A DNA stretch of 64,000 bases from Octopus bimaculoides (GCF_001194135.2 NC_068988.1:83422666-83486665), one strand, 5' to 3'; positions 39,850 to 54,545 are shown, counted from the first letter of the stretch. Numbers and translations are program-made. The notes: generated from the sequence alone by a model not told the origin.

Positions 39850-41134
39850 GTATATATATATACACATGTATATATATATACACATGTATATATATATACA
39901 CATGTATATAGAATATGTATGCACATATGGTGCACCAGCATGACCGCAGCCACTTGGCTGAAACACATAAATAAATAAATAAATATACATATAGTGTGTG
40001 TATGTGTAAAATTAAAGATTAGAAGCTCCTCCTTTCAGTAACCATAGACAAGAAGTGTAAAGTACCATCTGTGTGCATGTGGAGACTGAATATTATGAGA
40101 AAATGTTTCCTGAAGAAGCTTAGCACCCCCACCCCCACCCATATATATGAAGGCTTAGTGATTATGGTGTTGCACTTGTGATTGCAAGATCATGGTTTCG
40201 ATTCCCAGATTGGGTGTTGCCTTGTGTTCTTGAGCAAAACACTTTGTTTCCTGTTGCTTTGCAATCATCTTGTCATCTGACATATGGCACCTGTACAGGT
40301 AATGTCTGTTTGATGGAGAGAGTGAGTTTATGCAAGCATAAACATTTATCTAACGATAGGAGAGTCCATGATGTGTGTGTTACTCTAAGACTAACTTCAT
40401 TTTACTGCTGATTGAGTTATAATCTCTGAATAAATATTGCTAATGAGTGCCAGACACTTGCACTGCTGGATTCTAACATAGACATGGAAGCCATATTTGT
40501 TGTTCTTCCATCAAGTGTATCAGGGTTAGAATAACTTGATTGATCTTATTAAGCAGATATTAGTCTTTTTAATTACATATAAAAAAAATGTTGCAACTAA
40601 GGCACAGTGTTTACTCACATATACACACGCATTCTTTTGGCAGAAATTTTTATGCGTGTGTAGAACATCAAACACTCATACATGCTATGCACACACATAT
40701 ATACATCATATATACATTGCATTTACATTGTTCTAAATTAAAGGAAGTTAAAATTACTTCCTTACATCACGAGTCCTTCACTTGGCCAGTTTTGATATTT
40801 GACATATTTGTATGTAAAGAGTCTTAAGTCTCTCAACAAAGAATACACTTTTTTTTACTGATCTCTTCAGCTCTAATTATTCTTTCCTAGTTTCCTTTTA
40901 CATTATCTTATTTTTATTTTGTTTATACATATTAAATGTCCATCTATTTGCAGCTTCACAGAATATTTTTTTAAAATTCCAGTTGTGAAAGAAAATATGT
41001 CTATCTTCTTTTCTTTTTGGGCTTGATTTGTTCCCTTATGTTTGTATGTTTAACTTGTTTGAGTTTTCCTTTACACAGTGACATTGAAGAGAAATTATTT
41101 CTACTTATCATCTTGAACTCTTTGAACTGACATC

Positions 41135-41505
41135 AATGTTCTGAGCTCAAATTCCACTGAGGTCGACTTTGCCTTTCATCCTTTTGGGGGTCATAAATTA
41201 AATACCATGTGTGTACTAGGGTCAATCTAACTGACTGGCCTCCTCCCTCAAAATTTCAGACCTTGTGCCTGTAGTAAAAAAGATTATTATTAAAGGTAGC
41301 AAGCTGGCAGAATCGTTACTGCACCAAACAAAATGCTTAATACTTCTATCTTTATGTTCTGAGTTCAAACGGTGCTGAGGTCAACTTCACTTTTCATCCT
41401 TTTGGGGTTGATGAAATAAGTACCAGTTGAGTGCTGGGGTCAGTGTAGCTGACTCACCCCTTCCCATTTCTGGCCTTCTGCCAAGATTTTAACCATTATT
41501 ATTAT
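41135..41505 (+). mobile_element. Two tandem family B SINEs
   Basis: Same core motif twice, separated by gattattatt. Confidence 0.75.
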
Positions 41506-41625
41506 TGAAACCCAACTGCTACTGTTAGGTCTTTAGCACCACTACTTACCCCGCTTTTACAAAAAAAAAAAAATGTCTTGTAGCTGTTTAACTTGTGAGT
41601 TCTTGATATTTTATTGTCCTGTGTA

Positions 41626-41677
<52 letters not shown>

Positions 41678-44099
41678 CATTGTTTTCTTTGCAGCTAATA
41701 CCATTCTTGTTGTATATTTGTGTGTTCTAACCTTTTCTAGCCAGGTCTGTGTTAAGCAATTACTGTTCAAGTGTGTGTGTGAGTGCATTATCCTAATTTG
41801 ATTGAAAGTCTATTAACTCTTTTAATGTTGAACTATTCATATTCTATGTCTGGTCTGGTTAGTACAAGGACAGAATGTAATTCATTTGCTATGGTAAAAG
41901 ACGAACACCAATCACAAACCATTTCTAAATCCTTTAAACACTCTTCCTTTAAGGCTACACATTCATTTCTATTGAAATAGACTGAATGAATTTTGATAAC
42001 TATGAAAGGTTGTCCACCCTACATGTTTATCTAATCACATGAAAGATGGCCACAGAAATGTCCATGATCTCATTTAATTTTCCTTTTCTTAGCACAGAAT
42101 CTATATTTAAGTTACAGGAGCTGTTGAAATGCAAACAGCTCAATATTAAATTGGTCAATGATTGTTCTTGTATGTTCAGACTTTGTATTATTAATCTCTG
42201 TACTCTAATTACACACAGACAATATACATTTCTTGCATCCACTACTTCTTTTAAAATTATATTTCTGTTCTTTTAGAGCCCCCTCCCTACATAAGACACA
42301 TTTTATTTACCATTTAATAAGAACTTCAAATAAAATTTTTCAAAGATCTATCCATACCCAAAATCGTTTTTGTCTTTCTTTTCATCATCATAGTTTTATT
42401 GTCCACATTCCCACGTTTGCAAGATTTAGATAAAATTCAATGAAGCAGATTTTTTATGACTGGACACCCTTCTTGTTACAGCCCTCACTTGCTTCCCTTG
42501 ATCCATTGAACAGGAACAGCACAATATCTGGGCATATTTTTGCTGAAGATTGCAAACAAGACTACTCATGATGATGACATTCTTTTTCAATTAGCATGCA
42601 ATGTCAAGACAAGGAGACAGGAACACATACACCTTTTCTTTAGAAGCCAGAATAATTTCTTTAAATTGTTTATTTAATGATAATATAAATTTGGCATTTA
42701 GAAAAACTTTTGTATATATGAAAAAAAAAAAGAAACAGATCTATTTCTCTTCTTGAATCTAGTAAGATCTTATTTTCAGATTTTAAACTCTGGTTTGACT
42801 TTACAAAGGAAAAAAAATGAAAGGGGGAAATGTATTTTTACAATACTTTCTATAATGTATCAATTTAATGTTGCTGTTTGTTGAACAGATGCCAAAACCT
42901 ATCTGGATCAGAAGAAAGTTACTTTTCTGTAGAAAGTATCTTAAACCAGGTAGATTTGTCTCTTTTAAGTAGTGACTTTTGGGAAATTATGGAAAGAGAT
43001 TCACATTTTTATTTTCTCTCTCTCAGATCTTAGCATTTAAAAAATTTTAGCATTTAATCCAGCACAAATATTCCACCTATGTTAAAACTGGCCAAATCCA
43101 ACTTCTCATACCTACTCTACACTGTTATTCTAAAAATATACAACCATTGAAGTCTTGAAGCTAAAAGGTATGCATGATTAATTCAAAACAATGAACAAAT
43201 AAGCAATACATTTTGACAAAGCAATCTGAACGCCAAAGGGCTAACGTAATCTCTCGATTAGCTAGCCATCTCTAAGGCAAGGGGAAAGAACTGTCTTGCC
43301 AGGAATTCATGTTAAGTTTTTCAAACGTGAGGGGAATAAAATATATTATCTTAGTGATTATTGATTTTTTTTCCTTAATTTTTAAATTCAATTCTGTATG
43401 TGTGAGCATGGATTTGGCTCACCTTTGAGAAATTTCTGGAACAGCATCATTTAGCGTATTCCCAGCTGCCCTTGATACATTGGTGTCAAAACTGAGTGAG
43501 TTCTACATGAAAATAATTAACAGGTGTTGTCATACATGTGGCATATGAAAATCCAAACATAGTGTCTCATTATGTGACAATGCTAATAAAAAAACAATAG
43601 AACTAAATCTCAAACATTTTCCCTCTTACCCTCCGAGTTTTATTCCATGTAAAGCCACAATTCTTATTTCTTACTCTAAATTGTGCTTAGTTATCTCCCT
43701 TGACTATGGGGTAGGTTCAAAACAAAAGCATCCATAAGTTTAGATGGATTTAACTTCACAATTCTCTCTCTTCTTGTAATCCTTTTATTGAGTTTAACAT
43801 TTTAAGATCAAATTTTATATTTGTAACTTTACACCTTCAGTCATAATGATATCAATATTCCTATACTTTAATAAACTTTCCCATGGTTGTGAGCACAAAG
43901 ATTAAGGCAGTGGAGTATTAGAGGTTTGAGATCAATTGACTAATGTTATTGCATTTAAATATAGCAGGTGCAAGTGGAGAATTTATTTTGCTTTTAACCC
44001 CTTCACAAATGACAAAATAAGTATAAATCATGTGCTTCACTTGAGTCAAATGATTAGTTCTTCCTTACAATGCTGCAGCTTTGAAACAATCTGAGAAAC

Positions 44100-45740
44100 T
44101 ATTGTGTTCTGGGTTCAAATACCACTGAGGTTGACTTTGCCTTTCATCTTTTCAGGCTCAACAAAATAAGTACCTCTAGCTGCTAAAATTTGAAACCATT
44201 ATTAAGTAGACTTTGAGCCAGCAGAAAGCTTGCTGGACAAAAATGCTTAGCCACATTTCATCCATCTTTACATCCCCGAGTTCAAATTCTGCCATGGTCA
44301 ACATCATCTTTCATAGTTTTGGAGTCAAAAACAGGTTGATGTAATTGACTTCCTCCTCCCCTCAAAACCTTTGGCCTTGTACCTAAATTAGAAAAGATTA
44401 TAACCATTATTATTGAACTGGCAGAATCATTAGCATGCCAGGCTAAATGCTTAGCAGCATTTCATCTGTCTGTATGCTCTGAGGTCAACTTTGTGTTTCA
44501 TCCTTTCAAGATTGATAACAATAAGTACCAATTGAACACTGGGGTCGATGTAATCGACTCATCCCCACCCCCAAAATTGCTGCCCTTGCAGCAAAATTTG
44601 AAACCATTATTATTAAGGTGGTGAGCTGGCAGAATTGTTAGCATGCTGGACAAAATGTTTAGCAGTATTTCGCCTGTCACTATGTTCTGAGTTCAAATCT
44701 AGCTGAGGTCAACTTTGCCTTTCATCCTGTCGGGGTTAATAAAATAAGTACCAGTTGAACATTGGGATCGATGTAATCGATTCGTCCCCACCTCCTACAA
44801 GCTGCCCTTGTGGAAAAAATTTGAAATAATAATTATTATTATTGAGTGGTGGGGTGAGGCAGCGAGCTGGCAAAATCATTAGCACGCTGGGTGAAATGCT
44901 TCGCAGTATTTCGTCTGTCTTCACGTTCTGAGTTCAAATGCCGCTGGGGCAGACTTTGCCTTTCATCCTTTTCAGGGTTGACAAATTAAGTACTGGCAAA
45001 ACACTGGGTTTGATGTAATCGACTTACCCCCCAACCCCCAAATTTCAGGCCTTGTGCTTATAGTAGAAAGGATTATCATTGAGTGGTGGAGATTGTCAGA
45101 CTATCAGAGAAAATACCTTGTGACATTTGTTTTGACATTTTATGTTCTGTGTTCAAATGTCACTGAGGTCAATGTTACCTTTCATCCTTAAGGGATCAAT
45201 AAAATAAAATATCAGTCAAGTACTAGGGTTGACAGTACTGACTATTCCCTCTCCCTTCAAAATTGTTGGCTTGTACCTACATTTGAAATAACAGTAATAG
45301 TAATAATTCTTTCTGATTTTGGCATAAGACCAGCAATTTTGAGGGAAAATGGAAAGTCAATTACAATAACCCCAGTATTTGACTGGTGCTTTACTTTAGT
45401 GACCTTGAAAGAATAAAGGCAAAGTTGAACTCAGAACATAGACAACTGGAAGAAATGCCACTAAGCATCTTTTTATGTTCTAACGATTCTACTTGCTCAC
45501 TTCCTTAAAAATAATCCTTTCTACTGTAGGCACAAGGCCTGAAATTTTGGAGGAGAAGTGGTGTGTGGCGGGAGCTTATTGATTACATTGACCCCAGTGC
45601 TCAACTGGTACTTATATCGTTAACCCCCAAAGAAGATGAAATAAGTATCAGTTGAGGTCTATGTAATTGACTATCCCCCCCACCACCAAAAGTTTTAGGC
45701 CTTGTCTATAGAAAGAATGATAACTGTAACAAATTTATTT
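44100..45740. mobile_element. Dense cluster of roughly 8-9 family B SINE copies or fragments in mixed orientation
   Basis: Repeated core gaggt(c/t)aactttgcctttcatcc on + (~44100-45300) and on - (~45320-45440, ~45525-45625). Confidence 0.8.
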
Positions 45741-46867
45741 TGTCTTTGTCCAGTAAGTGTTATTTCCTATTTGTTTTTATCTAGAAATCAAACGAAATTA
45801 CAACTATTCCCTTCAAACTTTGCTTTTGTGACCGGGACATCAATGTTTTGAAACTGACCTATTTTCCATTACATTTCAGACAGATTCAGTGCTGAGTTGC
45901 TGAAGCAGAAATATCATTATAACAAGTATTCTGCTCAATACAATAGACTTGTTTATCAGTTGCGTGACTATAGCCGCTTGAGCATGTCCCTAAGTTGCTG
46001 ACAATATGTGCATCTTTGATCATGAGCGGGAGTTGTTGGGGAGCATCACAGCCATGTGTTGAGAGGGACTCTTTGGGGTTTGAATAAATGAAAAAAAAAG
46101 GAAAGTTTGGAGGAAATATTAGCCACTTTTCATATTTTCTAGAGGTAAGTAAGTACAAAATAACAGTTCTTACCCAAGGACAAAAATCATGTTACACAGT
46201 GTAATGAGCTTATTGTATACAGTATGAGGTGCACAACTTACAAGAAAAGGATAAAAGAAGGGATAGAGAGCCGTCATATAAGCCAAGTATAAAGGAAGAC
46301 AGCATTGAAAGCCAAAAATACATGCACAGTACACAGAACAAAACAGTAAAAGAGCCATAAAGAGGAAAGGGTGTATAGGTATGTTAGGAGTGGTGTTGGC
46401 AAATTCCAGAAAGCATGGAATTTTTGAAGAATGCAGTGTCCTGACAGCTAACAAAAATCACATGTAGTTTATTCGACAATTCTGAGCATGAAAGAATGTT
46501 TCTAAAAGTCATGGGTGCCATGTAGGTGTTATTTCATTGTTTGGTTTGTTTGAATTAACTGGTGGAGTTTTGTTTGATCAGTAGCAACCAAAATGTAGTC
46601 AACATCTGAGGTCACACATTGTAAAGGAGATATTTTTAATCAATAATTTGATCCTAGTTCTTGTTTGATACCTATTTTATCAATCCTCCTCCACCTTCTC
46701 CCAGGCTCAAAAGACATACTTAAATACACACTCAGGACATGTAACATATTTAAACTATTACATTGTACCCTACATCAAAAACTACTACAGTTCAGAGATG
46801 AACATGTGGAAGAGATCTCCAGTGAGATCTCTTAGTCATATTCAGACATTTTATTCTTTTTAATAGC

Positions 46868-47187
46868 TCAGTCCAGTGGTTCTCAACTAGGGTCCATATA
46901 AAATTTTGGGGGTCCATGCAAGAATAAAATGTAAATTGGGAATCTATAGTAGTATTTTAAGAGCCCATAAAAAAGGTTTGATTTAGATGTATTTATTGCA
47001 AGAAACATCAATGTTTATTTCTCAAACGTTTTACATAGTTCAAACAACACAAGTTAATATCTGAAAAACAAAATAAGAATTTTGAAAGAGGTATCTATAA
47101 AGCTAAACATTGAATAGAGATGTGTGTCCACCAGAATAAAATAGTAATCAAAGGAGTCCATAGATTAAAAAATGGCTGAGAACTTAG
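46868..47187. mobile_element. hAT/Charlie-like MITE downstream of the TTC33 stop
   Basis: Left TIR CAGTGGTTCTCAAC and a degenerate right end ggctgagaac. A similar right end, ggttgaataccactg, occurs at ~7349-7363. Confidence 0.5.
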
Positions 47188-47497
47188 TTAAAGGAAGAAA
47201 AGCAGTATCTATGATATTTTTCAGGTCTCCTAAGACTAAAGGGAGCAAGTTAACCACAGCCTGAAACCTAGGTAGAAAACTTGGAAATGATGCTAACTCC
47301 AAATTTTACTACCACCCTATATGCCATAGGACTCTCCATGACTACACAACAACAACATTAATCAGAAATAAAGATCTCTTACATCACAACTACCGTAATA
47401 AAAAACAAACATACAAACATATGTAATTATAAGAAAGTAGGTTTATTTCAGGAGCATTATTTACAAGTGTGGCCAAGGATGTAATGTATTAAGATAA

Positions 47498-47707
47498 TTA
47501 TCGCATCATCACATAATTAGATGGTAGTGTAATTATAGTCTTTTTAGTAGTAGTTGTAGTAGTAGTAGTAGTAGTTGTTGTTGTTGTTGTACTGCTATCT
47601 GAAGAACTGTTTTTCAATTTTTTCACTTCTGCTAATGACATTGCTGAAATCTGCACGCTCTTTATAGGTTTTGAGTTAATGTCATTTATATCCTTAATGG
47701 TATTGTT

Positions 47708-47740
<33 letters not shown>

Positions 47741-47917
47741 TTCTTCTTCTTCACTTAAGATCTCTCGGACGTTTGAATTGGTGTTTGTGTTTTTTTCAAG
47801 TTCTGTCGTAATGTGTTTCTTTTGTTCCAGCAGAGTGCAGGCCCATTTAAGGTCATCTTCCCACAGTTCTTGAACACAGGGATTGAGATGAACGGCCTTG
47901 CTGAAAGCTCGTACAGC
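47498..47917 (-). CDS. TTC33: TTC33 coding exon 4 (to stop), with poly-Asp and poly-Thr tracts
   Basis: ggttgcAG acceptor; 420 nt. Encodes AVRAFSKAVHLNPCVQELWEDDLKWA..L.EQKK, then a low-complexity tail to NYVMMR*. The four exons total 846 nt (281 aa + stop) with no frame break. Confidence 0.94.
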
Positions 47918-50469
47918 CTGCAACCGTTATAGATTTACCTGGTTAGCTATCAAATTAAATCTGAGATCAAAAGAGCAGGTTTAACTTGAGATAGGCAAAC
48001 AAAAGTAAATGCTTAAGGGTTTCTTCTGAACAAACTAAGATATTAATAGTTGTATAACAGACAGTAAAATGACACAAAACAGTGTGTGTCTTGGTTTCAA
48101 TTCCCAGGGTCTCTTATGAACAACCTAGACATTAATAATTATACAACAGACAGTAAGCTACCATCATGTTGAGTTTTGTGTATTGGTTTCAATTCCTAGG
48201 TGTAGTCATTTCATGTCACTACCACCACCACCACCACCACCAGCAGCTGGATGAGTCTTCATAGGAACATCTTGATCTTGTAACTTAATCCTATTTCCTT
48301 CCATAAGTAAAGCAAATCATTTTCAGACCTCACTGAGTCACTTAATGTCTGGTACATAAGAACATATAATTTAAACCAAAATTAATCATCCTAATTTAAT
48401 TCATACCATCTTATCATAATTGTATCTGACCAAATATCTACAATTTCAAGTAGACACAGGTGTCAAGAAAGGCATGTTCATGTCATAGATCCTGTCACCA
48501 CCCTCTAATGAATGCAGTAAGAAGTAGACATAAATATACATATCTACCAGATCACCTATGTAAGAGTAAACTTAAAGATCATATAATAAGAATCATGACA
48601 ATCAATAATGAATCACTTCATTCTCAATAAATTCTGACAGATTCAAATATGAATATCTGGTTGCTGATGATTTTCGTCATAAGAAAATACCTCTTCCTTC
48701 CTTGAGATGATATTTGTTCCCAATACATGCAATTTACTAATGTAAGGAGACTTTGAGACACCGTGGCGTTTTGACCCTTTTGTATGTCTCCTCAGTAACA
48801 GCTAACCCTCCGGCTGATTCCTATAAACAAGAGGTCACACTCTTGTTAAATCGAGGAAACACACAATAAAGTTGAAACACCACACTGTTTCAAAATGTCT
48901 TTACATCAATGAATCATATGTGTTATGAACACAAATTGTCTAAAGGGAGGAGGTGCTCTCTGATGACAGAAAACAACAGTGATCAACATATTTATGTTTG
49001 GACATGGAACATATTAAGAATGAATAGATACATTATTGTTTGAATTGTTCTGAATAATAATAACATTTACTTATATATAGATAATGAAGTAAATGTGAAA
49101 CAGAAAAAAACAACAGCAGTTATATCATTGTTGTTATATTTCTCCTCTTCGTTATTGATATTATAACAACAATTTTTCATGTTCATAAGGGCTACATAAA
49201 TCTGTAATATGTGACATCTTTACTCCTCATGGATTGCATTATTTCAACTTCTTATACCTTACATCTTCAAATGTGACCTCACCTCTTCTAAAGTCCTAGG
49301 TCTGCTTCTGTCTGTACCTTCCTCCTCCTCCTCATCATCATCGTCAGTTAACGTCTGTTTTCCATGCTGGCATGAGTTGGATGGTTTGACAGAAGCTGGC
49401 TAGGCAGAAGACTACACCAAGCTTCACTTCTGTTTTGGCATGGCTTTTATGGCCAGATGCCCTTCCTAACACCAACTACCCCACAGAATGAACTGAGTGC
49501 CTTTTATGTGGCACCACCACCGGTGAGGTCTGTTTTGGCATGACTTTTACAGCTGGATGCCCTTCCAGATGCCAGCCAAGTTACAGTATGAACTGGATGC
49601 TTTTCACATGGCACCACCACTGGCAGAATCACCAAGTAACTCACAGAACAAAAATCCTTCATGAGGAGGCAGGGTCATTGGAGGAGGTGGTCTTAAGATA
49701 ATTTTTGTTGCTAACATGTACCCTCTATTTACATAATATAAGAACCACAGCTCTCTCTCTCTCCCCCCTGCATACATTTGCCAATTTCTTTGATCCCCAG
49801 TTATTTTCTTAACATATTTGTTCTCAGCAAATTCAACTATTTTAAAATTAATTTTCTGCAATTGCTATAGATCATCTATACACCTCATTCATAACTTTCA
49901 ATCAACCAATCACCCCATATATATTGTTCTTTCAGATGAGACAAATCCTTCCTTGCCAATAAAGATAATAGCTCTTTGAACTTCTCTTTCATCCTTTCAC
50001 CAAAGTTTTAAGCACCTAAATAAAAGAACTGATCAACAGTGAGCCATGAGTTTTGGTGTTATCACAAATGTTCTTACTGCTCTGCAGTATCTGGTAATCA
50101 GCAGACAATGGACTTTGGTCCAGTTTCAGTCTGCCTGAGATCCTAATGCATTTTTGGTGTACCACCAACTTACACTCAGTACAAGTATTGAGCACCTATC
50201 TCCACTCATCCAACATACTGAGCAAAAACACTTTCCAACTTTTACACTCACTGTTCTAGCTTAGCCATGCTGATAGTTTGGTTCTAGATTAATATCCTAC
50301 ACTGAGAACATTTTCTCAGTTTTTCAACAGATTCTAAAAGAAGTGGAAAACATGCAGCCCTAAGTTTAGATAGAAATACAAACTAAGTGGTTAATAGTTG
50401 AATGAATCTCTACCATTTTGGTAATAATTTGACTCTTAGATCATTGAATGATCTAAGAGTCAAATTCTA

Positions 50470-50785
50470 GGTAACTATAGATATAGACATGGTATGGCAA
50501 CTATAGATCTATATATGTGCTATGGTAACAATAGATACAAATATATAATGGTAATCATAGATCTAGATATAGTATAGCAACTATAGATATAGTATGGTAA
50601 TTAAGATCTAGATCTAGATATAGTATGGTAACTATAGATATGGTATGGTAACTCTAGATGCAGATAGGGTATAGCAACTATAGATGTAGAAATGGTGTAG
50701 TAACTAAGATCTAGATATGGTAACTGTAGATATAGATAATATATAGCAGCTGGAGATATAGAAATTGTATGGTAACTATAGATAC
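50470..50785. repeat. Degenerate ~20-25 bp minisatellite in TTC33 intron 3
   Basis: About 14 variants of atagtatggtaactatagat. Confidence 0.75.
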
Positions 50786-50966
50786 TTGAAGATAAATAAT
50801 ATATTGATTAAAATGAAGTGCAGCAAAAGATAAGATCAGTCTTTTCTAATGTAGTAATGAGTTATGTCAGAAATACAGTCAACAATATAGCGAAAATATT
50901 GCTTGTTGTTCCAGTTTGGTAGAAGCCATGATGTCTTAAAGAATTGAAAGAACTATTAATACTTAC

Positions 50967-51098
50967 TAAATGAACTTCTCCAAGACCTAGCAGAGCTCGG
51001 CCAAGGGTCTGAAAGGCTAACCACCAGTTTGGTTGTAAACGTGTGGCCTTCTCTGCAAACTGAACAGCAGGAAAAACTTCATGTAATATTAACAATAC
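50967..51098 (-). CDS. TTC33: TTC33 coding exon 3
   Basis: ttcttgcAG acceptor and TTA|GTAAGT donor; 132 nt. Encodes VLLILHEVFPAVQFAEKATRLQPNWWLAFQTLGRALLGLGEVHL. Confidence 0.95.
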
Positions 51099-53284
51099 CT
51101 GCAAGAAAGAAAATATGGTTATGTTCTGAATAATCAAGACTAGATCCTTTACTTCCTCTTGCCTCTTCACACCATGTTAGAATGCAAAGTATGTTAGGCA
51201 CATACATTTGTTGTTTAAGTTTCCACTATAGAAGATTCTGTGTTCAGACCCCTTAGAGTTTTTCTTTGAATGTACATTGTTTAGTGTTTATACTCTATGT
51301 TTCTTTACTGTTGTTAACCCATAGCTAAATGGAAAACCATTTACAAGCAAATGATGACAGATGTCTTTGAGAGAGAGAGAGAGAAATCCTTGCCTTTTTT
51401 CCACTTCATCCTTATTATAAACACAACCATAACCATCATCATTGGTTTACCATTTGGCTTTTGCAAGAGATAGGTTTGCAATACAGTATCACACTATGTC
51501 TCAATCCTGCAATTCTCATTTGTAAAGTATAATGTTATTAGGTCTACATACACATTACAGCATTTTAAGCTTTGTCTTTTTAAGTTGGGATGGTTCAATT
51601 TGATCTGCCAAACAGATGTCCTCCATTCAGCTGAATTTTTTGGCGACACCTTTGCTGTTTTATTATTTAATTTTTCCCAAATTTTGAATTCATTTCCAGA
51701 TCACATAGACCCTTAGAATCAGAATTATGTAGTAAAAACAGAGGAGAAATAAATCTTCCCCTGGGTAAAACAATAATGTACTGTTAATACATTCAACACT
51801 GAAATCTAACAAATCACATAGCAGTGAAATAACTATATGACTCCATAGTGTCCATGTAGAACTCAAGTGGACTTAGTTCTTGAAAGACACAATCTAATGG
51901 AAGTAACATACACCATGGTAGCTTGTTCACTCTTCAGTCCACTCAGACATCATACACTGTTATATCATAAAATTTCATTTAAGCTCTGATGAGCTTTTAA
52001 ATATCAGCGTTTGGTTCCATCTTCACGGAATTGTGTCAATGAGAAATAAATTCCATTCTGGGATATCCCCAAAGTTAAGTGAACTGTGGTTATGTAGAAT
52101 AAAGTATTCAGTCCAAAGATTTGGGGCATTGGATTCAAACTGATGAACAACAAGCAGGTAGTTCAATATCATACCCACACAGCCATCTTGTTTCTACATC
52201 ATTTCAGTCAGTCAGATAACCTCTAATATAAATATTTTCTATTCCTGAGAACAATCATTCACATGCTACAATGAGCTTCCTGGTTCCACAATTTCAATCA
52301 TTTGCATGACTCTTTGGATCAGGTAGTTTATTATTGGTTCTCTTCTCCTACTATCATCAATAAAAAAATAAGAAAGTAGCAAACAGTCTTACACTGCAAG
52401 ACTGTGCACTGGTTAATTATGTGATTGAACCTAAGATCTGTGGATTTGGTACTCCTCAATAGTTAGTCAATAAAATGCTGAAACCATTATAATCTATTAT
52501 CTAACAATATGTTTAATTATGTATGTATTATGTATGCTAGAAAGAGTATATAATGATCCATGACCATATAGAACATGAGAAATATTAATGTTACTGTATG
52601 TGTATACACACACATACGTACATACATACATATATATATATATCATCATCATCGTTTACCGTCCGCTTTCCATGCTAGCATGGGTTGGACAATTTGACTG
52701 AGGACTGGTGAACCGGATGGCTGCACCAGGCTCCAATTTGATCTGCCAGAGTTTCTACAGCTGGATGCCCTTCCTAACGCCAACCACTCCAAGAGTGTAG
52801 TGGGTNNNNNNNNNNNNNNNNNNNNNNNNNNNNNNNNNNNNNNNNNNNNNNNNNNNNNNNNNNNNNNNNNNNNNNNNNNNNNNNNNNNNNNNNNNNNNNN
52901 NNNNNNNNNNNNNNNNNNNNNNNNNNNNNNNNNNNNNNNNNNNNNNNNNNNNNNNNNNNNNNNNNNNNNNNNNNNNNNNNNNNNNNNNNNNNNNNNNNNN
53001 NNNNNNNNNNNNNNNNNNNNNNNNNNNNNNNNNNNNNNNNNNNNNNNNNNNNNNNNNNNNNNNNNNNNNNNNNNNNNNNNNNNNNNNNNNNNNNNNNNNN
53101 NNNNNNNNNATATATATATATATATACTTAGTGCAAGTTTTGAGGAGTGCAGTCTGATTTTAACAGAAATTTTTTCAAAGCTAGCTCCTTTATCTGTTTG
53201 GTGGGGTATGAAAGGTTTAGTCCACGATAACAAAGGAGATCTACTGTGAGCAGCTCAAGCAGCTTAAGTTAACGTTAAAAGAAA

Positions 53285-53708
53285 AATGACCATCTTTGGT
53301 TTTAAGACGAAAGGTGTTCTTCCATCAAGATAATGTTTGGCCACATACAGCGAGGATGATATTCCAAAGGGTGGAGTAGTTTGAATGGGAAATGATGCCC
53401 CACCCACCATATTCGCTGGACATTGCCCCATCTGATTATCCTTTATTCTGCAGTCTTCAAAATCATTTGGATGAAAAAAATATGTATTCTGTAGATGAGG
53501 TCAGAACAGTACTGGAGGAATATTTTTCGTCATGGACAAGTGAATTTTGGAAGAGGAGCCTTGCAAATCTACCAGATAGATGGAAGAGCATTGTAGAAAA
53601 TGAAGGAATGAAGGAGAGTATACTTTAGATTAAAAAACAAACTTTGTTTATCTTAATTTAGAAAAATAAAAGTATAAAAAACCATATTATTAATGGGATG
53701 ACCCAATA
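53285..53708 (+). mobile_element. Mariner 3' fragment in TTC33 intron 2
   Basis: HQDNVWPH...PHPPYSLDIAPSDYPLF.SLQN.LD...YFSS...FW.R....LPDRW..IVENEG, ending in a TIR-like ...atgacccaata. Confidence 0.85.
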
Positions 53709-53994
53709 TATATATAAAGGACAAAGATCTTTCCCAAATCATACAGACTCACAGGGCCAGTCTCTCAGTTTATGTAGTGGATATATACCCCGCTGGATGG
53801 GTATATTATTCATTTTTGCAGCTGAGTGGATTGGAGCAACATGAAGTGAAGTGTTTTATTCAAGAACACATGTTGGCAGGTTCAGGAAAAGAAATCACAA
53901 TCTTACAATCATGGCTAACCACTAGCCACATGTCTCCAAGTACATATATATATTGGATGCTGTGTGTTTGGATGCATATGAGAGTTGAGACTAC

Positions 53995-54076
53995 CTGTGC
54001 TTTCATTTCATGAAGTCTAGCATCATAGGGTGTCAGCTGGATAGCTTCGCTCCATATTTTGATAGCTTCCCAATAC
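53995..54076 (-). CDS. TTC33: TTC33 coding exon 2
   Basis: ttgttatAG acceptor and CAG|GTAGTC donor; 82 nt. Encodes YWEAIKIWSEAIQLTPYDARLHEMKAQ (TPR helix). Confidence 0.95.
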
Positions 54077-54134
54077 CTATAACAAAGAAAAAGCTTAATA
54101 ATAATAAAAATAGCAATAATAATTGCTTCTAAAA

Positions 54135-54545
54135 TAGACACAAGGTCTCAAATTTTAGAGGTGAGGTCAGTGGTTAGTCAAATAAATATATTCCAAGACT
54201 TGACTGGTACTTTATTTTATCAACCCTGAAAAGATGAAAGGCAAAGTTGACCTCAGCCAGATTTGAACTCAGAATGTAAGGAGCCAGAACAATACAGCAA
54301 GGTTTTTGTCTGATACTCTAATTATTCAGCCAATTCACCTCCAACAATTATTATTCTTTCTAATTTTAGTTTAAGGCCAGCAGTTTTGAGGGAGGGGCAA
54401 CTAGATTACATCAACCCCAGTGCTTGACTGGTACTTATTTTATCAAGCCCAAAATGAAGAAAAGGCAAAGTTGACCTCAGCATAATTTGAACTCAGAACA
54501 TATACAGTTTTGTCCACTGTGCTAACATTTCTCCCACTTTAACAA
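54135..54545 (-). mobile_element. Two family B SINEs in TTC33 intron 1 (another copy at ~55185-55380)
   Basis: Reverse complement of the core (gatgaaaggcaaagttgacctcagc...atttgaactcagaa). Confidence 0.75.

Noticed and set aside
50470-50785. CRISPR-like regular repeats (also 28480-28830)
   Set aside because: Eukaryotic intron, degenerate contiguous units without unique spacers and no cas genes; these are minisatellites.
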